Below are positions 1 to 13,100 of a stretch of 64,000 nt of DNA, piece by piece. The translations under genes and the position numbers were made by a program. The DNA comes from Dipteris shenzhenensis. Its lineage: Eukaryota. Below the pieces are notes generated by a model, which saw only the letters and a list, made by a program, of their open reading frames with translations, was not told the origin of the DNA and searched no databases. The stretch lies in the NCBI GenBank assembly GCA_047967505.1, contig CM106538.1; one strand, 5' to 3'. Every line of letters starts with the position of its first letter. Positions within the stretch are counted from its first letter, which is position 1.

Positions 1-159
1 AGGTTTGATACCTTTTTTTTTTCTTGGCTTCATACCTAAGTATTTTGGTTGAAGCTAATGAGCTAATGTTTGTTTACTTTTTGTTGTGGTATGATTATAT
101 CATAGTTTCACAATGATGTACAAAACCATGTATATATTATTGACTCCCTTATTTCTCAG

Positions 160-660
160 ACTCTGTCTCGAACGTGATACCTCCTTTTTGGATATTCTTC
201 ATTGGTTTTCCCAAATATCTTTTGAAAATGTGACGCTTCCCATTTTGGCATACAACGAAAGGTAAAGAACATCACATACTATTTTTTCCTCTTGCATGTG
301 ACATTTTTGGATTGTTGGAATTGCTCATATAGCTCACATTGAAGTCATTTGGCTTGGCACATTGAGGCCAAATGGATTTATTTGGTCAATTCATCGGATA
401 GGGTCCATGGCTCCATCAAAGAGTGAGTGTTTACTTCATGAGTTGTTACTATTGCATGTTTGTTGCAATGCACACATTGATGTTCTAGTATATGTTATAG
501 ATTGGCAAGGAAGTTGGTATGTCCCATTGAGTCAATTACATAGGAAACCTTGGAAAATGACCTAGTACTGAACAATACAAAGTAACAGTGCAAAACAATG
601 GCCATACCTGTGGTTGGAGAGTATACTACAACATCATGCTAGTCATCAACAAAGTTTTCA
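160..660 (+). pseudogene. Possible degraded, intron-containing Ulp1-like (peptidase C48) gene fragment of the kind carried by plant DNA transposons
   Basis: 582-638 reads VTVQNNGHTCGWRVYYNIM, resembling the Q-x-N-G-x-x-C-G catalytic Cys motif; exon-like blocks bounded by AG/GT; stops present. Confidence 0.3.
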
Positions 661-2159
661 ATTTGTCCTTACAAGTATGTAATGGATTGATTTCAATATA
701 GTGATGTTTCATATTTATTTATGATTTCTCCATTCATGATAACATATAAACTACTAATTTCCTTGTAGTATCCCCCATTGTCATTGTATACAGCTGTGGA
801 TCTAGACTTATTTAGGGTTGAGACCATTCAAAACCTACTTGTGAACATAGTGGAGGAGATTCCACTAATTGAATAGGACATTGCAGCCAGGCCTCCACTG
901 GCCAATGAATAGGACACTACTAGCCAAGCCTCCACTAGCGATATATGGACATAGTAGTCCCCCATTTTGTGCTATGTTGGGCAATTATTCTTTGTTTATA
1001 TTGTTGAACCAAGAAATCTTGGGTTATTTGTAACATTGTCTGTTGGTTTCATGAATAATTTTTCCAAGTTAGTTTCGTTAAGAAGCTAAACTTTTATATT
1101 GGTGCCAAAAGTTTGTATGCCCTAATAAAAATAAAGGTTTGACATATTCACCAGGATTTGAAACTTTTATGCAAAAAAATTTTGAGTTTCACTAGGATTT
1201 ACATTTTTTACTTCAAAATTCAAAAGAAAATATATAAAAGTATCCTACATCCTATCGATATTGTGAAACTAAAAAAAATATTGATAAAATTTCACCAAGA
1301 TTTTATATTAATATATAAGCATAGCTTTGATAAAAACATCCATGGTTGGTTTATCGTAACATCATATAAAATTTTGAAATCAAAATAGTTTTGTCTAAGT
1401 ACCTATATTTATTGAATGCTTGAAATGTATGCACATAATTTTTGGTTTTCGATATGTACTTTGTGAGATTGAAAATTAAGAAATTCCTATTGATTAGTTG
1501 TGGACAAAAGAAGACAAGTGAAATATTTTTTAGATGGTCTTAGAGGTTCTTCATTCTTTAAAAAATGCTCAAAAAATGTGGTTGTAAGTCCTATCTGAAT
1601 TCTCTTATTCACATTTCTATTTGGATCGTATTATTCATGTTGTTCAAATCATCACAATACAATCAAGGACACTCCATCGATCTTGTAACTCCCATATTGC
1701 TTTGTGATGATTCTGAGACCTATTGGGTTTTTTATATTCTTTTTTTCCAATGTGATTAGGGCTCCTCCGTCAATTCTAGAACTCATTGTGATGATTTTGA
1801 GAACTTTCGAGATTTTTTTATTCGCTTTTTTTCCAGATCATCACAATGGGATTAGGGCCCCTTGCCTATTTTGAAACTTCCTTATTGCGTTGTGATGATT
1901 TCTAGGCCTATCATGTTATACTTATTCGATTTGCCATTTAGACATGTTGCCAGGTGCTAAAATCTTTCCAAGACTGTGTCTTTGTACAATCTGTTTGTTT
2001 TCTTTGGACCTTTCAATATTTCAATTTTCAAAAGGCATGTTGTGGTAAATTGCCTCTTGGAACTCAGACTATAGGCAAAACAAGTTGCTTTCTCCTTCAA
2101 TTGCCTCCATGGGGAATTTTATGGCTCAAACAAACTGTGAGTATAAGAATACCTTCAGA

Positions 2160-3100
2160 TGCTCCTCAAGAAATTCCAAGTCATTTGCATCCCTGTAAGG
2201 TTGTAGTATGGAGAAACAAAGTAGAAGGGCCTCACATCCTTGAACTGAGATGCAGCACCATCTGATACAGTCCCAGTGCATTTGAGATTTACACCTTGAT
2301 CCCTTAACGAGTGATGGTGCACATAAAGTAGTGCAATACAAAGAGTGTATCATGATCCTTGTCATTAGAGATATAGAAATGGGTCTCTTTATGAGTCTTG
2401 TTCTACCCTTCGATCTCAATGTGTCGATATGTTATGTGGACAAGTATGGTGATTTGGTTAGAATGCCAACACATTGATTGTATCTTTTTTTACTCCTTAA
2501 ATATATACTTTTCTACAAATTCAACTACTGAGAAGACAACATCATCGGGGGAATTTATAAAGCACTTTTTGAATTTCTCGACATGCCATCTCACCCCACA
2601 AAGTTTAGGGTAAATTTCCCAAGATGCTTCATCCATGTTTTCAACATAGTAGACACTTCCACCTCCTTGTATATCAATACTTTTCCAATTTTCTTCTTCC
2701 CCTGCTCATTCAAACCTGCATCTACATTTGTAAAAACTTAGTTTTAACCAAATGTTATGTGGTGATAGACTGCTTAGGAGGACAAATAGTCGTATTTTTG
2801 TTGCTACACCTCATGCAGTCCTTTTTTAGGCACTTCAAATCATGGAAAACCCCATGGACTAGTTTAAGACAAAGAATAGAATCCCACATGACATGGGTTA
2901 CATTAGTTTATGTGCGCTTAACTTCCCAACATTCACTTGATTGATCTTGAGGAGAACAAATAGTATAGTCACATGTGCAAGACTTTCCATGAAACCCAAA
3001 ATTTGAGGAGAAAATATGATTTATCGAATCTTTATAGAACATCATCTCTAGGTGATAGAGTATTGTGTTTCTTAAACATTTGCCAAGTGTCAACCAAGTA
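2160..3100 (-). mobile_element. Degraded DDD transposase, Sola2-like DNA transposon
   Basis: Manual translation: VVEFVEKY..KIQSMCWHSNQITILVHITY..HFYISNDKDHDTLFV..(frameshift)..SDGAASQFK..WNFL. Matches the DF.ENY / Q..HW..Q.T / ISD..HD / SDG..QxK / WNFF motif series I associate with Sola2. Confidence 0.6.
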
Positions 3101-3244
3101 GTGATATAATGAAAAGCACCAACTATGGTAAATTGTTAATACTGTAGATCAAATTGATAGATTAGTAATTTTATTTAATACTATTGAATGGATAGCTAAT
3201 GCTAGCAATGCTAACAACTTTATAGCCATCCATGTGCTGGTTTT

Positions 3245-3470
3245 GTAGCTCTGTGCTTATCGAGAAAGCATACATCTTTGATTGAGTCGACCCTATCCTT
3301 TTTTATGCTTGCTAAGAGATCAATTTTTGAGAGATCTATCTATTTCACATAAATATAAGATTCCAAATTTGCTAGTAAATCAACATTGAATAGAATATAA
3401 GGTTTAGTGATATTAAGAATACCTCACAATGCCATTGATCTTATAGATCTATATGTTGCAAAAGGTTTTT
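3245..3470 (-). mobile_element. CACTA/EnSpm transposase remnant (two exon pieces)
   Basis: Homologous to 48820-49070: IYKINGIV|GT vs IFKISGIV|GT at the same splice donor; SIKKDRVDSIKDVCFLDKH vs SIEKARVESIEAVCLLEKH. Confidence 0.55.
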
Positions 3471-3479
3471 TGTTGATAG

Positions 3480-4610
3480 CAACGTTAGCACGTAGCATTG
3501 CTAAGTGCTAATTGCTAGGTGCTAAGTGCTAAGTGCTAGGTGCTAAGTGGCAAGGGCACTAAGTGTTAGGTGCTAAGTGCTAAGCACTAGGTGCTAACCA
3601 CTAAGTGCTAAGTGCTGTGCTAAGTGCTAAGTGCTAGGTGCTAAGGGCTAAGGGTTGCTAAGTGCTAAGTATTAAGTTGCTAGCACTGCCAAGTACTAGC
3701 ATTGCTAAGTGCCATTTGCTAAGTGCCGTTTGCTAAGTGCTAATTGCTAAGCACTAGCATCGCTAAGTGCTAAATGCTATGTTCTAAGTGCTAATTCCTA
3801 GTGCTAAGTGCGGGCATTGCTAAGTGCTAAGTATTAAGTTGCTAGCACTGCCAAGTACTAGCATTGCTAAGTGCCATTTGCTAAGTGCCGTTTGCTAAGT
3901 GCTAATTGCTAAGCACTAGCATCGCTAAGTGCTAAATGCTATGTTCTAAGTGCTAATTCCTAGTGCTAAGTGCGGGCATTGCTAAGTGCTAAGTCCTAGC
4001 ATTGCTAAGTGCTAAGTCCTAATTGCCAAGTGCTAGCTTTGTGTAGTGCTAAGTGCTAAGCAATAGTATTGCTTAGTGCTAATAAGTGTTAAGCGCTAGC
4101 TGCTAGCATTACTAAGTGCTAAGTGCTAAGTTGCTAGGAGTGCTAATTGCTAAGTTCTAAGTTGCTATAATTGCTTTGTGCTGTATGGTAAAACTACCAT
4201 AAGTGTATGTCCTAAGTAATAGTATAGCATTGCTATGCTTAGTGCTAAGCTCTAAGTAATAGTATAGCATTGCTATGCTTAGTGCTAAGCGCTGAGTTGC
4301 TAGCAATGCAATTGCTAAGTTCTATGTTGCTATAAGTGCTAAGTGCTACACTGTAAGTTCTATGTTGCTAACAATGCCAATTGCTAAGTTCTACGTTGCT
4401 ATAGTGCTATGTGCTACGTGGTAGTTGCTATAAGTGCCATGTGCTAAGTGATAGTACATCACTACTATACTTAGTGTTGCACGCTATCCATAGCATTGTT
4501 AATTGCTATGTGTGAAGTAATAGTATAGCATTGTTATACTTAGTGCTATGCGCTATCCATAGTAGGGCTAATTGATAGTGTATCACTTCTAAAGTGGATA
4601 TGTGCTACAC
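3480..4610. repeat. Degenerate 7-bp (TGCTAAG)n satellite with higher-order 162-bp and 40-bp duplications
   Basis: Directly visible; ATTAAGTTGC at 3671/3833 and CGGGCATTG at 3811/3973 (162-bp period); 40-bp repeat at about 4212-4290. Confidence 0.92.
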
Positions 4611-4624
4611 ATAGAACTAGTAAT

Positions 4625-7600
4625 CGATAGTATAGAAGCTTGAGAGTGAGCACAAGGTAGAAACTGGAAGCTAGTAAGAGGGAGAGAGATAATTTGGACG
4701 AGGAAGAAGGGAGATGTGGATAGTCTGAAGACCTTGAGTATCCAAAGGATTAGGTTCCTTGTATTTTAGCCTTAATAAAGACTCTCTTGGGCTCCTTTAA
4801 ATAGAGCCAAAAGTTCCAACAAGTGAGATAAGGTACCCACTTGGCTATACAATATCCATAAACTTTTTTTAAATCCAAGACCACAAGTACAAGGGACAAG
4901 GTTGATGTGAACCTCTCCAAGAAACCCATGTGCCCATGTGTCTCATAATGTGAGAGTCATGTGACCATTTATTCATTCTTGTGAGTGTTACAACTTCATG
5001 GTTCTCAACACCCTCCCTCAATATAACATTGGTAATTACATTGGCTACAAGGAATCATGCTTCCTAGATTACAAAGATTAAGGATTTTGTTTCTTAGGTA
5101 TGTACTGGGGGTAGGATTTTTAAAAATGTGGTCTAAAGGAAATTTTCATATGATGGTAAGGTTGCCACCAGATTGTTTCCTCCTTCTTGCCATTACATTC
5201 CCATTATAGGTGACCCAATTCTCCACATTTGCAACATTTCTTCCTCCTGGGATATTTGATGTAGCACCTTGCCTCAGTATGTCCCTTCTTTTTGCAAAAA
5301 AAACATTTGATGACATTGGATTTAGAGTGCATTGCTTTTGTTACTTGCCTACTGATGTAGAAGTGCCATTTGATTTGAGTCTTATCTCCTCATTGAGGAG
5401 AGAAGAAATGGCACCCTCAAGTGTGGGATTAAAAACATTTTTCAATCTCATGACTAAGGTAGCATATGACTTACCCACATCTTTAAGGAGCACAACAATT
5501 GCATCCTCTTTTGCTATTTTAGCTTTTACAGATGCTAATTGCACCATAAGTTTCTTCATATTTGAAATGAAGGAAACAAGATCCCCTTGAGTGTACTCAT
5601 GACTAGAGAATTCAATGAAACATTTTTCAATCTCATGACTAAGGTAGCATATGACTTAGCCACATCTTTGAGGAGAAAAACAATTGCATCCTCTTCTGCT
5701 ATTTTAGCTTTTACAGATGCTAATTGCTCCCTTCATATTTGAAATGAAGAAAACAAGATCCCCTTGAGTGTAAACATTTTCAATCTCATGACTAAGGTAG
5801 CAGATGACCTAGCCACATCTTTAAGGAGAACAACAATTGCATCCTCTTCTACTATTTTAGCTTTTACAGATGCTAATTGCACCATAAGTCCCTTCATATT
5901 TGAAATGAAGGAAACAAGATCCCCTTGAGTGTTCTCATGACCTGAGAATTCAATATTTAGATCAGTTTGAGAGTTTTTTCCTTTTGCACCATAGATTCCA
6001 TCCCACTTGATTTTGGCTATGGCCAACTCATTGATGTGGTGGAGAAGGCTCTTATAAATGATAAGCATAATGATGGCTTGTGCCCTTTTGTGATCTTCAC
6101 CCTCATCCGGTTTTCTTGGTTCCAACATTTTTCCTTCATTTACATATGACCATAACCCCTTAAACATCAAGAGGTATTTAATTTGGGCTTGCCATGAATG
6201 GAAACCCTCTCCATTAAAGTTTTTGATCAAAAGATTTCTTTGGCCATCGAAAGGAGGTCTTATCGGCTTATGGATTGCTCGACAATGTCTATCCTTTTAC
6301 AACATTAATAGTGATATTTTCCCTCTTTCTTAGTAAAAAAAGTGCCAAAAAAACCTTTGAGAAAAAATGACTAAGGAAAAACGACAGGTGGAAGCTCTTC
6401 TTCAACCTTAGCTTATCAAGGTTTTGAGAGGAAACAGAGACAACTATGTCATGCATCCGTGAAGAATTTCCACACCGTGAAGCTCAGGGGGGTAACTATG
6501 TATAAACCCTCTATATCACATGTGTTCAAGCCCTATTTGTAAAATCCCTTATCTGTAAAACTTTTCTTAATAAATTGTACCCTTTTTTTATACAAATCTA
6601 TATTTTTTTCCCAAAATTACTTTAAATAATCCATTATGTAAATTATTTTTTGTAAAATTTAAGCATTTAAAATAACCTTATGTTGAGCTCATGTGATAGG
6701 GTTACATATGATGAGTGAACCCCCCCCTCCCCCCGAGCCGCGAGGCTTATAGAAACTAGACATTGGAGGTTCCATCAAAGGGTTTGAGACCCTTCTGAAA
6801 ATAATGGAATAGACCAAATCATAAATGGAGTCTCTACCTATGGATTCCAATACATGATGATTTGGTTCATCTGTTGTTTTTCTCTTTTAGAGGTCATTTT
6901 CACTATGCTACTATGCGATGAATTTTCTCTACTCCTTTGTGCATACTTCTACTCCTTCCTGGTCACAACTGAATTAACATTGATTAGAATTGGTGCTACC
7001 CTATTCTGCTTCATTGGTGGTTGCTGGTCATCGCTCCTATTGTAGTTGGCCGTTTCTTGCTCTGTTATGATGTTGCTTCTACTTTTGGCTTGTTGTTAGT
7101 GCTATAAGTCTCTTGCTCTATGCTTATCTGTTATTACACTAGATGTGCTAGCTTGCTAATAGCCTTTCCTCCACATTGCTTTGTTACTACTCTCAACTTT
7201 GCTTCCACTACTTTGTTGATTGCACCATTTCTTCATTTTCTTTGCACTTTGCTTCAAATGAGTTTCAAAGATGCTACTTCTTGCCTTTTGGAGCAACACT
7301 TCTATGCTTGCTAATGAAATAACTTTTGTTCCTTGCCTTGCTCTTTATCTACAACAATCCTTAGAGGAGCCAAGGAAACTTAGGAGCAATCGACGACTTG
7401 GAGTAGTTAGGTTCAATGAAGCAAAAAGACCAACTGCTAAGCGAAGTGACAAAGAACTTCAGTCAGGCTACAAGATAAAAAGATGGGATAGAAGGACCTA
7501 TAGAAGTCTCTGACACCATGTTAGATTTTTAGCTTGAGAGTGAGCACAAGGTGGAAATTGGAAGCTAGTAATAGAGAGACATCAGGTGGACAAGGGAGAA

Positions 7601-7866
7601 GGAAGATATGGACATTGTGAAGACCTTGAGTATACAAAGGATTAGGTTCCTTGCATTTCAGCCTTAAGAAAGACTCTCTTGGGCTCCTTTAAAAAGAGCC
7701 AAGAGTTCCACCAAGATCCAAGACCACAAGTATAAGGGACAAGTCTTAGACAAGTTCCATGTGAGCCTGTCCCCATGAAACCCATGTGCCCATGTGTCTC
7801 ATAATGTGAGAGCGATGTGACCATTTTCTCACTCTAGTGACTATTGCAACTTCGTGATTCTCAACA
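4625..7866 (-). mobile_element. Family A Copia-type gag-only LTR element (TR-GAG-like)
   Basis: LTRs 7519-7866 and about 4625-5010, Met-like PBS TGGTGTCAGA (7509-7518), PPT 5011-5021, gag but no pol; LTRs clearly diverged and no TSD. Confidence 0.75.
5180..6250 (-). pseudogene. gag: Copia gag with an internally triplicated segment and a CCHC zinc knuckle
   Basis: ORF 5733-6230 NFNGEGFHSWQAQIKYLLMFKGLW; three copies of a 155-185 bp block at 5433-5950; CCKCGELGHL*WEC at about 5195-5240. Confidence 0.8.
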
Positions 7867-9755
7867 ACCACCCCTTCAAATCCATGGCTTTGCAAAGCCA
7901 ACCTCTTGTATTGATCCCTTTTTAGGTACTTAGGCATCGTTTGTGAAGTCATAAAGAAAATTAATTCATCATACCATGACCATGGGGTTTTCAGATGTAC
8001 CTCCGTGTTGATTTCCTTAGTAGTTGCCATGAATACTATACTAAGCTCCACATCCAGCAACTCATCTTAAATGCTGGTTGTGGGCTCGCTAAATTCCAAA
8101 TGGGACAAATAGTCTGAAAATGCATGTTCTAATCCAGGCCTGTGTCCCACTTCAAAATTGAACTCTTGCACCAGTAGCATCCAATTTGCTAGTTGGTCAA
8201 TAAGATTTTTCTGCTTGACCAAATAAAGTAATGCGGAATGGTCCACATTTGTCCCAATTTGGAGCTATAAGGATTGGTGCTCTTGATAGTTGAACTTTGA
8301 GTTGATAGGAAAACTTATCACACTCTTTTGATGAGAAAAAGGCCTTTGGATTGACATGTGCCAACAAAGCATTCAATGGGATGGACACGTGAGAAAAGAA
8401 CCACAAGTGCCATCCATGCCATCGAATCTGGCCCAAAAGCCACAAACACTCCTTTGGGCTTGACGGTGCGGGTGCATGCATGATCACTACCATTTTGTTG
8501 GGGTCTACCACAATTCCCTTTGCACTAATGGCATGTCCCAACAACAAGAAGTGGCCACTGTGGATCATGAATGTGCATTTCATCAAATTGAGACTAAAGG
8601 AGACTTCTTCCCACCAGAAGCATGTGAAACACATCTATAGGTGTTCCAAGTGATTCATCCGCTCTCTGAACACACTAAGGCCATCAAGAAAGATCTGCAT
8701 GAACTCCATCAGGTATGTCTTGAAGATCTCTTGCATGGACCTTTGGAATGGGGATGGGAAATTTTGCAAACTGAACCACATCACGATAGTGACACATAAG
8801 CACCCCATGTGGTGATGAAAGAAATCTTGGGTTGGTCTTCTGGTGCCATCATGACCTACCCGATTTAGAAAGGAATAGACCTCATGCCTTGCAACCTCAT
8901 CCTACAACGAATTCATGTATGGAATGGGAAATGGGTATGGCACTATTGCATCATTCAACTTCCAAAAGTCTACAATTTCTTATCCTTTTGGGGACAATGA
9001 CAATTGGGCACAATTTGTTGTCCTTTTGGGCACAATGACAATTGTAGAGATCCACCCCAGAATCTCGATCGGCACTATGATCCCCACTTGAAAAAGGTGC
9101 TCCAATTCCACCTTAACCTGCCTTGCCACATGCAGATTCATTCGAGATTCATTCTATATATTTGCATTTTGGTTGCTATGGCATCCTTGTTGAGGTTGGA
9201 TGGATGTAGATAGAACTTGGGGTTGAGAGGCCCTGCATGTTGGAATAGTCCCATGCAAACTCTGCTATAAGTAACACCAATGTCCGAAATTCCTCATCTA
9301 GCATAGTGCTAATCTTGATTGGTTTGGAGCTCCCATCAGCTCCCCAAAAGACTGTGTTGTGAGGACATCCTCTTGGACACATGTCACTCGATTCATGCAT
9401 TCCTCGACCTCCCTTTCTTGCTCAAATGGATACCGCAAATCCAAATCTATGGTGATTAGATCATCCATTGACATAGGCTACCATAGTGGAGTTGCCATGC
9501 CTGCAAAAGGTTCCGGCTGCATTATGTGGAGATTGCTTTGACATCTACTGTGAATAGAGGCACAAGATTTGAATTTTCCCACAAGAACTCCTCTTCCTCA
9601 TCATCATCTAGATTTGCCCACAAGAACTCCTCTTTCTCATCATTTTTTAGATTTTCTCGCTCTTTCTCATCATCGAGGCCACGTTTGCCATGTTGACCAT
9701 CTCTACCAACCCTAATCATACTGTTCCTTCAACCACACACCTCGCTCCATTTGGA
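7867..9755 (-). mobile_element. pol: Gypsy element E, pol part (RT-RNaseH-start of integrase), degraded
   Basis: ORF 8197-8634 LLGHAISAKGIVVDPNK...APILIAPNWDK; RT-like remnants at 8640-9130; continues beyond the B1 insertion. Confidence 0.8.
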
Positions 9756-10109
9756 TGACAAAATATGAAGAGGGGAGAGAAGAGTGGAGATGAGGAGAGA
9801 GGGTACAGCTAGAGAGCACACTACAAATGACTAACTGTACACTAGATTTAGTTGAAAAAATAGAATGTATACAAGCCCATTTAGGGTTAGGGCTAGGGAT
9901 CTAACTCTTTCCTTTATAGCACTCTATAAGGTTAGTGCTATGCACATATGATCACGTGATGGTGCTATGCACACATGATCACATGATGTTGAGCTTGAAC
10001 TCTCAACACCTTCCCTCAAGATCAACATCATGAAGTAGGCCTTCCCTCAAGATGATGATTCTGGGAATCGAAGAAGGATTGAGCATTACATTCCATCACA
10101 CCACTTTAA

Positions 10110-13100
10110 TGGGAATGTACTTCCTCTGCGTTAAACTAAGAGCTAGTCAGTGTTTCTTGAATAGCTCTTTATCGAATGGTTTGGTAAAGATGTCTGCAAC
10201 ATTCTCTTTGCTATCACAATGTTGCAGTGTGATGTCACCAAGTAACACTCTTTCTCTGATGAAGTGCTCTCTCACATCAATGTGCTTTGTCTTGTAGTAA
10301 TATACTGGATTCTTGGCCAATGCTTGAGCCGATTGATTATCACTGTATATTGTTGGCTTTGACTCATCAAAGTAATCTATTTTTGACAATAGTCTTCTGA
10401 GCCATATAGCCTCACATGCACCTGTAGTGAGTGCTCTATATTTTGCTTCAGTCGAAGACAAAGAAACATTTGGATGTTTGTTTGACAACCATGATATAGC
10501 ACCTTGACCAAGGAAAAATGCATATCCCTGTGTCGCGATCTCCTAGTCTCATGATCTCTGGCATAGTCACTGTCACAGTATCCCATGCAACCGTGGATGA
10601 CTTCCTCTGTATTCTATCCCAAACTGTCTTGTACCTCTGATGTATCTCAAGACTCTTTTGGCTGCATTCCAGTGAGACTGTTTTGGATTTGTTTACTAGT
10701 GAGCTTACTGCATAACAAATATCTGGCCGTGTGATTGTCAGATATATAAGAGATCTGATGAGTTGCCTGTAGTATCTGTCATTGATTGTAGGCTTTTCTA
10801 AATCTTTAGTAAGTTTCAAGCTCTATTCCATGGGAGTGGCTGCAATCTTGCAATCTGCCATATGAAACTTCTTCAGGAGACTATCAACATACTTGAGCTG
10901 ACTCATGAATGTGCTATCTGAATATCTCCAGAACTCAATTCCAAGGTAGTAGTGCATAAGTCCAAGATCTTTCATGTCAAACTCTATAGATAAGTCTTGT
11001 TTCAATTTTTTGATGAAGCTTTCCTTGCTTCTTGTCACAATCAAATCATCTATGTACAAAAGTGCAATAGTAATGTCTTCCCCTTGAACTTTATAGTAGA
11101 GAGTATGATCTGCATTGGATTTCATGTATCCCAGATTAGCAAAATACTTATCAATTCTGCTGTACCAACTTTTGGGTGCTTGCTTTAAGCCATAGAGACT
11201 CTTGTTGAGATGGCAAACCTTATTCTCCTTTCCTGGTTCAACATAACCTGCTGGTTGTTGCATGTAGACTTCCTTAGCTAGATAACCATTGAGAAATGCA
11301 TTCTTGACATCAAGCTGATACATATTCCATCTGTTGAGTGTCACTAGTGATATCAAGAACAGTATGGAATCCATTTTTGCTACTGGAGCTAAGTCTCATC
11401 ATAATCTTGACCATATTGTTGTGCAAATCCTTTTGCAACTAGTTTGGCTTTGTATCACTGTATACTGCCATCTGGATTGTACTTCACTTTGTATACCCAT
11501 TTGTTTGCTATGGCCTTCTTTCCTGCTGGAAGGTCGCATAATTCCCAAGTATTATTCTTATACAAAGCATCCATTTCTTCATTCATAGTAGTTTGCCATT
11601 TTGGCTTGTCTACTACGTCTTTGAAGTACATTGGCTCTTCTGTAACCATGATGGTAGTCATAAGAGCATAGTTGGTGGTTTCCACCTGAATTGCTTCGCC
11701 TTTCTGAGCATATGTCAATCTAGTTGGAGGTCTGCTTTCCCTAGTAGACCATCTGAGCTGCTGTGGCTTTGCTTGGGGTGTTGCTGGAAATGCTTGCTCT
11801 TCTTCATCAACCTGTTCTGTAAATGACTGTGAAATTGATAGTTCTATCTCCTGTGTAGGTGAGGTTTTCCATTCTGATTCCTCATTAAAGATTACATCTC
11901 TGGAGATAATGACTTTGCACTTGATGGGATCATATAATTTTTATGCTTTTCTTTCTTCACTGTAGCCAACCATGATGCATTTGCGTGACTTCACATCCAA
12001 TTTCCTGCGATGATCATCATGTATGTGGGCATATGCTATGCAGCCAAATATGTAGAGATGCCCAATGTGTGGCTTGTGTCTAGTGAATGCTTCATAAGGA
12101 TTCATACCCTGTATTGGTTTGGTAGGAAGCCAATTAAGCAAATAGTTTGTAGTGGCTATTGCTTCTGCCCAATACTGATTCGAAAGATGCTTTTCACTAA
12201 GCATTGCTCTAGCACTGTTTGCTAAAGTCCCATTCTTCCTTTCAGCTCTTGCATTCTACTGACAAGTATCTGCACATGTGAATTGTCTTCAAATGCCGTG
12301 ACTTCTGCAAAAGTTCATGAATGCTGAAGACATGTCTTCACCTCCTCTATTTGATCTCATGACCTTGATCTTTCTACCTATCTGGTTTTCTACCATGGCT
12401 TTGAATTCTTGAAATCTAGAAAACACTTCAGATTTCTCTTTCAAAAAGTAGACCCAACAATATCTACTGTAGTCGTCGATGAAAGTCAAGTAGTAAAGTG
12501 AACCATTGATGCTGCGAATCTGGGCATAACCCCATACATCTATATGTATCAAATCAAGAATACCTTGTGCACAAGAGGTACTTCTGACAAAGTTGGCTTG
12601 CTTTTGTTTGCCGAAGCAGCATGTTTTGCAAACTTTTCCAAGAAAGTGTAGCTTTGGAATCCCAATTGCCATATTCTGATTCCTGAGATCTAACAAGTAC
12701 CTGAAGTTGACATGACCATATCTCTTGTGCCATTTTGCAGATAGTGGCATCTGTTGCGGTTGAGCTGATATGGCATGCTTATATGGTACTGTAGCTAGCA
12801 TTTTGTATAAGCGTCCTTCCTTGACACCTTTTGCTACTAGCTGACATCTTTTGGATTTGTCTCTGATAGTGCATTCATCACCGTTGAAGGTGACTCGATA
12901 ATTGTGTTCGGTCATTTGACCTACTGACAAGAGGTTCTTGCTGAGCTTCGGAACATAGAGCACATCTTTCACCAATCCTTTCATACCGGTGAAATTATTC
13001 ATAGGGATAACAGCTATCCCTTGAATTGGATTCGGTGTATTGTCTACTGTGTAGATGACATTTTTTTGACCTTCTAATGGTTTCATTTTTGTGAACCATT

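Noticed and set aside
3480-4610. Satellite as a CRISPR array or telomere tract
   Set aside because: No constant repeat with unique spacers, no cas genes, and the unit is not TTTAGGG
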